Shown: positions 27,901 to 34,932 of the stretch, in pieces
How the letters are laid out: every line of letters starts with the position of its first letter
Numbering within the stretch: the first letter of the stretch is position 1
The notes under the pieces: model-generated
The model's database searches: none
The model's input: the letters and a program-made list of their open reading frames with translations, nothing else
What the model was told of the DNA's origin: nothing
Made by a program: the position numbers and the translations under genes
From: a virus
Taxonomy: Duplodnaviria; Heunggongvirae; Uroviricota; Caudoviricetes
Direction: 5' to 3' (one strand)
Length of the DNA: 34,932 nucleotides
IMG/VR virus record: IMGVR_UViG_2718218452_000007

Positions 27901-28419
27901 ATGGCAATGCCGCGCAAACTCAAGTTAATGAACGTCTTTCTGAACGGCTACAGCTATCAGGGCGTCGCGAAGTCCGTCACGCTACCAAAACTGACCCGTA
28001 AGCTCGAAAACTATCGCGGTGCGGGGATGAACGGCAGCGCACCGGTAGACCTCGGCCTTGATGACGATGCGCTGTCAATGGAGTGGTCGCTCGGTGGCTT
28101 CCCGGATTCGGTTATCTGGGAGCTTTACGCAGCAACCGGCGTGGATGCCGTGCCGATTCGTTTTGCTGGCTCTTACCAGCGCGACGATACCGGCGAAACG
28201 GTTGCCGTCGAAGTGGTCATGCGTGGACGTCAGAAAGAAATCGATACCGGCGAGGGTAAACAGGGAGAAGACACCGAGTCGAAAATCTCCGTGGTCTGTA
28301 CCTATTTCCGGCTGACGATGGACGGTAAGGAGCTGGTCGAAATCGACACCATCAACATGATTGAGAAGGTGAACGGCGTCGACCGGCTGGAGCAACACCG
28401 CCGCAATATCGGCCTGTGA
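27901..28419 (+). CDS. FII: Tail tube protein
   Basis: 172 aa. Confidence 0.92.
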   Translation: MAMPRKLKLMNVFLNGYSYQGVAKSVTLPKLTRKLENYRGAGMNGSAPVDLGLDDDALSMEWSLGGFPDSVIWELYAATGVDAVPIRFAGSYQRDDTGETVAVEVVMRGRQKEIDTGEGKQGEDTESKISVVCTYFRLTMDGKELVEIDTINMIEKVNGVDRLEQHRRNIGL

Positions 28420-28475
28420 TTTTCATCCGGTCAGCCTGGCTGACCGGTTAACCCTGATTCAGAAGTGAGAAAACC

Positions 28476-28751
28476 ATGAACAAAGAAAATGTGATTACCC
28501 TGGACAATCCGGTCAAACGTGGTGAGCAGGTTATCGAACAGGTCACGCTGATGAAACCCAGTGCCGGGACGCTGCGCGGTGTCAGTCTGGCTGCGGTCGC
28601 GAACTCCGAAGTCGATGCACTGATTAAGGTGCTGCCGCGCATGACTGCACCGATGCTGACCGAGCAGGAAGTCGCCGCACTGGAACTGCCTGACCTTGTG
28701 GCGCTGGCCGGTAAGGTGGTCGGTTTTTTGTCGCCGAACTCGGTGCAGTGA
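28476..28751 (+). CDS. E: Tail assembly chaperone E
   Basis: 91 aa; slippery heptamer near the 3' end. Confidence 0.88.
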   Translation: MNKENVITLDNPVKRGEQVIEQVTLMKPSAGTLRGVSLAAVANSEVDALIKVLPRMTAPMLTEQEVAALELPDLVALAGKVVGFLSPNSVQ

Positions 28752-28903
28752 CGTTCCCGAAAAATCTGTCGGTCGATGACCTGATGGCGGATGTGGCAGT
28801 GATATTTCACTGGCCGCCATCAGAACTGTATCCCATGAGCCTGACCGAACTCATCACATGGCGCGAAAAGGCGCTCCGGCGAAGCGGAAACACGAATGAG
28901 TAA
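28476..28903 (+). CDS. E+E': E+E' fusion made by programmed -1 ribosomal frameshift
   Basis: Slippery T TTT TTG at 28724-28730; the -1 frame stays open to TAA 28901-28903, giving 142 aa in total. Confidence 0.75.
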
Positions 28904-31343
28904 CAATGTAAAATTACAGGTATTGCTCAGGGCTGTTGACCAGGCATCCCGCCCGTTTAAATCCATCCGTACAGCGAGCAGGTCGCTGTCGGGGGATATC
29001 CGGGAAACACAAAAATCACTGCGCGAGCTGAACGGTCACGCATCCCGTATTGAGGGATTCCGCAAGACCAGTGCACAGCTCGCCGTGACTGGTCATGCAC
29101 TTGAAAAGGCACGGCAGGAAGCCGAAGCCCTTGCCACACAGTTTAAAAACACCGAACGTCCGACCCGTGCTCAGGCGAAAGTGCTGGAATCCGCAAAGCG
29201 TGCGGCGGAGGACTTACAGGCGAAATATAACCGCCTGACGGATTCCGTTAAACGCCAGCAGCGGGAACTGGCCGCTGTGGGAATTAATACCCGCAATCTT
29301 GCACATGATGAGCAGGGACTGAAAAACCGTATCAGTGAAACCACCGCACAGCTTAACCGTCAGCGTGATGCGCTGGCGCGTGTCAGTGCGCAACAGGCAA
29401 AACTTAACGCAGTAAAACAGCGTTATCAGGCCGGAAAGGAACTGGCCGGAAATATGGCCTCAGTGGGCGCTGCCGGTGTGGGGATTGCGGCGGCGGGAAC
29501 GATGGCCGGTGTTAAGCTACTGATGCCCGGTTATGAGTTTGCGCAGAAAAACTCAGAATTGCAGGCCGTGCTAGGTGTGGCAAAAGACTCCGCCGAAATG
29601 GCCGCACTCCGCAAGCAGGCGCGCCAGCTCGGCGACAATACCGCCGCCTCGGCAGATGATGCAGCCGGTGCGCAGATTATTATTGCGAAAGCCGGTGGGG
29701 ATGTTGATGCCATTCAGGCGGCAACGCCGGTCACGCTGAACATGGCGCTGGCGAACCGCCGCACGATGGAAGAAAACGCCGCCCTGTTGATGGGGATGAA
29801 ATCCGCCTTTCAGCTTTCAAACGATAAGGTCGCTCATATCGGGGATGTTCTCTCCATGACGATGAACAAAACCGCCGCCGATTTTGACGGCATGAGCGAT
29901 GCGCTGACCTATGCCGCACCTGTGGCAAAAAATGCCGGTGTCAGCATTGAAGAAACCGCCGCAATGGTCGGGGCGCTGCATGATGCAAAAATTACCGGTT
30001 CAATGGCGGGGACGGGAAGCCGTGCCGTGTTAAGCCGCCTGCAGGCACCGACGGGAAAAGCATGGGATGCACTGAAAGAGCTTGGTGTGAAAACCTCAGA
30101 CAGCAAGGGAAACACCCGGCCAGTATTTACCATTCTGAAAGAAATGCAGGCCAGTTTTGAGAAAAACCGGCTCGGTACTGCCCGGCAGGCTGAATACATG
30201 AAAACCATTTTCGGGGAGGAGGCCAGCTCAGCCGCCGCCGTGCTGATGACTGCCGCCTCAACCGGAAAGCTGGACAAACTGACCGCTGCGTTTAAAGCCT
30301 CAGACGGGAAGACCGCCGAGCTGGTAAATATCATGCAGGACAACCTCGGCGGTGACTTTAAGGAGTTTCAGTCCGCTTATGAGGCGGTGGGGACAGACCT
30401 GTTTGACCAGCAGGAAGGCGCGCTGCGTAAGCTCACGCAGACGGCCACAAAGTATGTGTTAAAACTCGACGGCTGGATACAGAAAAACAAATCACTGGCG
30501 TCAACCATCGGCCTCATTGTCGGTGGCGCACTGGCGCTTACTGGCATCATCGGTGCCATTGGTCTTGTAGCCTGGCCGGTTATCACCGGCATTAATGCCA
30601 TCATCGCGGCAGCAGGCGCAATGGGGGCAATTTTCATGACGGTTGGCAGTGCTGTTATGACCGCCATCGGGGCGATTAGCTGGCCGGTTGTGGCCGTGGT
30701 GGCCGCCATTGTCGCCGGGGCGTTACTTATCCGTAAATACTGGGAGCCTGTCAGCGCATTCTTTGGCGGTGTGGTGGAAGGGCTGAAAGCGGCATTTGCG
30801 CCGGTGGGGGAACTGTTCACGCCACTGAAACCGGTGTTTGACTGGCTGGGCGAAAAGTTACAGGCCGCGTGGCAGTGGTTTAAAAACCTGATTGCCCCGG
30901 TCAAAGCCACCCAGGACACCCTGAACCGTTGCCGTGATACGGGCGTCATGTTCGGGCAGGCACTGGCTGACGCGCTGATGCTGCCGCTTAATGCGTTCAA
31001 CAAACTGCGCAGTGGTATTGACTGGGTACTGGAAAAACTCGGTGTTATCAACAAAGAGTCAGACACACTTGACCAGACCGCCGCAAGGACTCATGCCGCC
31101 ACGTATGGCACCGGTGGTTATATTCCGGCGACCAGCTCTTATGCAGGCTATCAGGCTTATCAGCCGGTCACGGCACCGGCTGGCCGCTCTTATGTGGACC
31201 AGAGTAAAAACGAATATCACATCAGCCTGACCGGTGGTACTGCGCCGGGGACACAGCTTGACCGCCAGTTACAGGATGCGCTCGAAAAATACGAGCGGGA
31301 TAAACGTGCGCGCGCCCGTGCCAGCATGATGCATGACGGTTAA
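28896..31343 (+). CDS. T: Tail tape measure protein
   Basis: 815 aa, coiled-coil N-terminus and Gly/Ala-rich hydrophobic middle. Confidence 0.92.
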   Translation: MSNNVKLQVLLRAVDQASRPFKSIRTASRSLSGDIRETQKSLRELNGHASRIEGFRKTSAQLAVTGHALEKARQEAEALATQFKNTERPTRAQAKVLESAKRAAEDLQAKYNRLTDSVKRQQRELAAVGINTRNLAHDEQGLKNRISETTAQLNRQRDALARVSAQQAKLNAVKQRYQAGKELAGNMASVGAAGVGIAAAGTMAGVKLLMPGYEFAQKNSELQAVLGVAKDSAEMAALRKQARQLGDNTAASADDAAGAQIIIAKAGGDVDAIQAATPVTLNMALANRRTMEENAALLMGMKSAFQLSNDKVAHIGDVLSMTMNKTAADFDGMSDALTYAAPVAKNAGVSIEETAAMVGALHDAKITGSMAGTGSRAVLSRLQAPTGKAWDALKELGVKTSDSKGNTRPVFTILKEMQASFEKNRLGTARQAEYMKTIFGEEASSAAAVLMTAASTGKLDKLTAAFKASDGKTAELVNIMQDNLGGDFKEFQSAYEAVGTDLFDQQEGALRKLTQTATKYVLKLDGWIQKNKSLASTIGLIVGGALALTGIIGAIGLVAWPVITGINAIIAAAGAMGAIFMTVGSAVMTAIGAISWPVVAVVAAIVAGALLIRKYWEPVSAFFGGVVEGLKAAFAPVGELFTPLKPVFDWLGEKLQAAWQWFKNLIAPVKATQDTLNRCRDTGVMFGQALADALMLPLNAFNKLRSGIDWVLEKLGVINKESDTLDQTAARTHAATYGTGGYIPATSSYAGYQAYQPVTAPAGRSYVDQSKNEYHISLTGGTAPGTQLDRQLQDALEKYERDKRARARASMMHDG

Positions 31344-31357
31344 GGAGGTGACGAAAA

Positions 31358-31837
31358 ATGATGCTCGCGTTAGGTATGTTTGTTTTTATGCGCCAGACGC
31401 TGCCACACCAGACCATGCAGCGTGAATCAGATTATCGCTGGCCGTCAAATTCCCGTATCGGTAAACGGGATGCCTACCAGTTTCTCGGCGTTGGCGAGGA
31501 AAACATCACGCTTGCCGGTGTGCTTTATCCCGAACTGACCGGCGGAAAGCTGACGATGACCACGCTCAGGCTGATGGCAGAGGAAGGCCGGGCGTGGCCG
31601 TTGCTGGATGGCACCGGCATGATTTACGGCATGTATGTCATCAGCAGGGTGAGTGAAACAGGGAGTATTTTCTTTGCAGACGGCACACCCCGGAAAATTG
31701 ATTTTACGCTGTCGCTCACCCGCGTTGATGAATCACTGGCCGCGCTTTATGGCGATATCGGTAAACAGGCGGAATCGCTCATCGGTAAAGCTGGCAGTAT
31801 GGCGACCAGATTCACGGGTATGACGGGGGCGGGATAA
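31358..31837 (+). CDS. U: Tail protein U
   Basis: 159 aa. Confidence 0.9.
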   Translation: MMLALGMFVFMRQTLPHQTMQRESDYRWPSNSRIGKRDAYQFLGVGEENITLAGVLYPELTGGKLTMTTLRLMAEEGRAWPLLDGTGMIYGMYVISRVSETGSIFFADGTPRKIDFTLSLTRVDESLAALYGDIGKQAESLIGKAGSMATRFTGMTGAG

Positions 31838-33000
31838 TGCTGGATGCACTGACATTTGATGCAGGCAGTACGCTGACGCCGGATTACATGCTGATGCTCG
31901 ACAGCAGGGATATTACCGGCAATATCAGCGACCGTCTGATGAGCATGACTCTGACGGATAACCGGGGCTTTGAGGCTGACCAGCTTGATATTGAACTGAA
32001 CGATGCCGACGGGCAGGTAGGGCTACCGGTTCGTGGCGCTGTCCTGACGGTGTATATCGGCTGGAAAGGTTTTGCCCTGGTATGCAAAGGGAAATTTACC
32101 GTTGATGAGGTTGAACACCGGGGCGCGCCGGATGTGGTTACCATCCGCGCCCGAAGTGCAGATTTTCGCGGGACGCTCAATTCCCGCCGTGAAGGCTCAT
32201 GGCATGACACCACGCTCGGTGCGATTGTTGAGGCGATAGCCTCCCGTAACAGGCTGGAAGCCAGTGTTGCTCCGTCACTGGCCGGAATTAAAATCCCGCA
32301 CATCGACCAGTCGCAGGAGTCTGATGCGAAATTCCTGACCCGTCTTGCAGAACGCAACGGCGGTGAGGTGTCGGTAAAAATGGGAAAACTGTTGTTTCTC
32401 AAAGCGGGGCAGGGGGTGACGGCCAGTGGTAAAAAAATCCCGCAGGTCACCATAACCCGCAGCGACGGCGACCGCCATCATTTTGCGATTGCTGACCGTG
32501 GAGCCTATACCGGCGTAACGGCAAAGTGGTTACACACCAAAGACCCGAAGCCGCAAAAGCAGAAGGTAAAACTGAAACGCAAAAAGAAAGAGAAACACCT
32601 GCGCGCACTGGAGCACCCGAAAGCGAAACCAGTCACGCAGAAGAAAGCGCCAAAAGTACCGGAAGCGCGCGAAGGTGAATACATGGCTGGTGAGGCTGAT
32701 AACGTTTTTGCCCTGACCACGGTATATGCCACGAAAGCGCAGGCTATGCGCGCCGCTCAGGCGAAGTGGGACAAACTGCAACGGGGCGTTGCGGAGTTCT
32801 CCATCAGCCTTGCCACTGGTCGGGCAGATATTTACACGGAAACGCCGGTTAAAGTGTCAGGCTTTAAGCGCGTCATAGACGAGCAGGACTGGACCATCAC
32901 TAAGGTGACACATTTTCTGAATAATAGCGGCTTCACGACGTCCTTAGAGCTTGAGGTCAGGCTTTCTGATGTGGAGTACGAAACAGAAGATGATGAGTGA
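31837..33000 (+). CDS. D: Tail protein D
   Basis: 387 aa, start overlaps the U stop. Confidence 0.9.
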   Translation: MLDALTFDAGSTLTPDYMLMLDSRDITGNISDRLMSMTLTDNRGFEADQLDIELNDADGQVGLPVRGAVLTVYIGWKGFALVCKGKFTVDEVEHRGAPDVVTIRARSADFRGTLNSRREGSWHDTTLGAIVEAIASRNRLEASVAPSLAGIKIPHIDQSQESDAKFLTRLAERNGGEVSVKMGKLLFLKAGQGVTASGKKIPQVTITRSDGDRHHFAIADRGAYTGVTAKWLHTKDPKPQKQKVKLKRKKKEKHLRALEHPKAKPVTQKKAPKVPEAREGEYMAGEADNVFALTTVYATKAQAMRAAQAKWDKLQRGVAEFSISLATGRADIYTETPVKVSGFKRVIDEQDWTITKVTHFLNNSGFTTSLELEVRLSDVEYETEDDE

Positions 33001-33081
33001 TATTTTTATTTTATATGTTTGTTTTATAAGGATAAATTAACTAAAATGACACCATCAACAAAACCGGAAGAGGTGCTCGCG

Positions 33082-33300
33082 ATGTTTCATTGTCCTTTAT
33101 GCCAGCATGCCGCACATGCGCGTACAAGTCGCTATATCACTGACACGACAAAAGAGCGTTATCACCAGTGTCAGAACGTGAATTGCAGCGCCACGTTCAT
33201 CACTTATGAGTCGGTACAGCGATACATCGTGAAGCCGGGAGAAGTCCACGCCGTGAGGCCGCACCCGTTGCCGTCAGGGCAGCAAATTATGTGGATGTGA
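33082..33300 (+). CDS. ogr: Late gene activator Ogr (zinc-finger)
   Basis: 72 aa from ATG 33082 with CPLC...CQNVNC zinc finger; tracked ORF starts 21 codons earlier. Confidence 0.9.
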   Translation: MFHCPLCQHAAHARTSRYITDTTKERYHQCQNVNCSATFITYESVQRYIVKPGEVHAVRPHPLPSGQQIMWM

Positions 33301-33310
33301 TCACAAAAAT

Positions 33311-33336
33311 AGCCCCTCAGTCGAGGGGCTTTTTTG
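33311..33336 (+). terminator. Intrinsic terminator after ogr
   Basis: agcccctc-agtc-gaggggct followed by TTTTTT. Confidence 0.8.
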
Positions 33337-33339
33337 TCG

Positions 33340-33359
33340 ATGTGGTCAATGTGTGGACG
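33340..33359 (+). promoter_or_regulatory. Putative Int arm-type binding sites (P arm)
   Basis: atgtggtca and gtgtggacg, related to the tgtggaca repeats at 1906-1927. Confidence 0.4.
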
Positions 33360-33398
33360 TGACCAGAAATAAATCCTTTTATTTCATTGTATTACGCG

Positions 33399-33426
33399 TA
33401 AAAAATAAGCCCGTGTAAGGGAGATT
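33399..33426. repeat. attR core (28-bp direct repeat, right prophage boundary)
   Basis: Identical to 1790..1817; lies within the 3' end of cyaR. Confidence 0.85.
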
Positions 33427-33486
33427 ACACAGGCTAAGGAGGTGGTTCCTGGTACAGCTAGCATTTTATGGGTTATGTTTTTCAGC
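33400..33486 (-). ncRNA. cyaR: Hfq-dependent small RNA CyaR (RyeE)
   Basis: Minus-strand sequence GCUGAAAAACAUAACCC...CCUCCUUAGCC...CUUAUUUUUU matches CyaR as recalled; terminal hairpin plus U-run; TATCAT -10 at -13..-8. Confidence 0.8.
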
Positions 33487-33516
33487 GAAACGGATGATAA
33501 CCTTAATAAATGCAGC

Positions 33517-33538
33517 TGTATGTGATCGGTTTCTAAGA
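33517..33538 (-). promoter_or_regulatory. CRP binding site of the cyaR promoter
   Basis: TGTGA-N6-TCtaA centred about 42 bp upstream of the inferred cyaR 5' end, a class II position. Confidence 0.55.
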
Positions 33539-33570
33539 ATTTTCCATCCGGGAAAAATAATCGAAATTAA

Positions 33571-34932
33571 TCACTTACCGTGGGGATTACGCGTGGTTTC
33601 CCCGGAGAAATTACGCATCAGCAGCGCGTAATTGAGCTCAAGATCCTGCGGGACCGGGAGCCACACAGTATAACCATCGCCTGGTGCTATCGGCATAGCT
33701 TCGCCTTTGGCGTTTTCCATGTGCTCAAGGGTAAAATTAATGTTGCCTTGCGGCGTCATCAGCTCAAGGCTGTCGCCAACGGAGAATTTATTTTTCACCG
33801 CTACCGCCGCGAGGTCCCCCTTGCGCTCACCGGTAAACTCACCAACAAACTGCTGGCGGTCAGAAACTGAATAACCGTATTCGTAGTTCTGATAATCGTC
33901 GTGAGTATGACGACGCAGGAAACCTTCGGTATAGCCACGATGCGCCAGACCTTCCAGAGTTTCCAGCAGGCTGGTATCGAACGGTTTTCCCGCAGCGGCG
34001 TCATCGATAGCTTTGCGGTAAACCTGTGCGGTGCGTGCACAATAGTAGAAAGATTTGGTACGACCTTCGATTTTCAGCGAATGCACGCCCATTTTGGTCA
34101 GGCGTTCTACATGGGCGATGGCGCGCAGATCTTTCGAGTTCATGATGTAAGTGCCGTGCTCATCTTCAAACGCGGTCATATACTCGCCCGGACGCTGGGC
34201 CTCTTCGATCATAAACACTTTGTCGGTTGGTGCGCCGATACCCAGCGTCGGCTCAACATTTTGCACCGGAATCGGCTCGTACTTGTGTACGATGTTGCCA
34301 ACATCATCTTCTTTCCCTTCCTGGACGTTGTACTCCCAGCGGCAGGCGTTGGTGCAGGTGCCCTGGTTCGGGTCGCGCTTGTTGATATAGCCAGAGAGCA
34401 GGCAGCGACCGGAGTAGGCCATGCACAGCGCGCCGTGAACGAAGATCTCGATCTCCATATCCGGCACCTGATTGCGGATCTCTTCAATCTCTTCCAGCGA
34501 CAGCTCGCGAGAGAGGATCACGCGGGTCAGGCCCATTTGCTGCCAGAATTTCACCGTCGCCCAGTTCACGGCGTTAGCCTGCACCGAAAGGTGGATCGGC
34601 ATTTCAGGGAAGTGCTCACGCACCAGCATAATCAGCCCTGGATCGGACATAATCAGCGCATCCGGCCCCATTTCCACCACCGGTTTCAGGTCACGGATAA
34701 AGGTTTTCAGCTTGGCGTTGTGCGGTGCAATGTTGACCACGACATAAAACTTTTTCCCCAGCGCGTGGGCTTCATTGATGCCGAGCTGAAGATTTTCGTG
34801 GTTGAATTCGTTGTTGCGCACACGCAGGGAATAACGCGGCTGGCCCGCATAAACAGCATCTGCGCCATAAGCGAAAGCGTAACGCATATTTTTCAGCGTT
34901 CCCGCCGGGGAAAGGAGTTCCGGTTTAAACAT
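33571..34932 (-). CDS. yegQ: Peptidase U32-family protein YegQ (RlhA, 23S rRNA 5-hydroxycytidine synthase)
   Basis: 453 aa, start codon at the window end (34930-34932); N-terminus MFKPELLSPAGTLKNMRYAFAYGADAVYAGQP as recalled. Confidence 0.88.
   Translation of the reverse strand: MFKPELLSPAGTLKNMRYAFAYGADAVYAGQPRYSLRVRNNEFNHENLQLGINEAHALGKKFYVVVNIAPHNAKLKTFIRDLKPVVEMGPDALIMSDPGLIMLVREHFPEMPIHLSVQANAVNWATVKFWQQMGLTRVILSRELSLEEIEEIRNQVPDMEIEIFVHGALCMAYSGRCLLSGYINKRDPNQGTCTNACRWEYNVQEGKEDDVGNIVHKYEPIPVQNVEPTLGIGAPTDKVFMIEEAQRPGEYMTAFEDEHGTYIMNSKDLRAIAHVERLTKMGVHSLKIEGRTKSFYYCARTAQVYRKAIDDAAAGKPFDTSLLETLEGLAHRGYTEGFLRRHTHDDYQNYEYGYSVSDRQQFVGEFTGERKGDLAAVAVKNKFSVGDSLELMTPQGNINFTLEHMENAKGEAMPIAPGDGYTVWLPVPQDLELNYALLMRNFSGETTRNPHGK

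Larger units (their letters stand above)
1790..33426. mobile_element. Integrated P2-like (Peduovirus-type) prophage, apparently complete
   Basis: Flanking 28-bp direct repeats; complete P2 gene order with protein sequences closely matching P2 as recalled; cos site present. Confidence 0.93.

Noticed and set aside
33399-33426. A tRNA gene as the integration target
   Set aside because: No cloverleaf-compatible sequence; the core is instead the 3' hairpin and U-tail of an sRNA.
1-34932. CRISPR arrays, rRNA genes, insertion sequences
   Set aside because: No short regularly spaced direct repeats, no rRNA-like segments and no transposase-like ORFs with terminal inverted repeats were seen.

Overview
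The window is an E. coli-type chromosomal segment carrying a complete P2-like temperate prophage (about 31.6 kb, 1790..33426) inserted between yegR and the sRNA gene cyaR/yegQ. Host genes at the edges are yegS (1..900, -), yegR (1315..1632, +), cyaR (33400..33486, -) and yegQ/rlhA (33571..34932, -). The prophage is bounded by a 28-bp direct repeat (att core) and shows full P2 synteny: int-C-cox-B-orf80..83-A, cos, Q-P / O-N-M-L-X-Y-K-lysABC-R-S, V-W-J-I-H-G, FI-FII-E/E'-T-U-D-ogr. The right att core is the 3' end of cyaR, so the phage restores an intact sRNA gene. Three AT-rich cargo islands sit at the positions that are variable in P2 (tin/old, orf30, Z/fun). The most interesting is a leftward two-gene operon between gene A and cos (8278..9892) encoding a 438-aa protein and an 88-aa C-terminally membrane-anchored protein; I cannot assign either to a known family from sequence alone. 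The other two are a 261-aa three-TM protein between S and V, and a 197-aa N-terminally anchored protein between G and FI. All product assignments rest on my recollection of P2 and E. coli proteins, not on a database search, and GC content was judged by eye.
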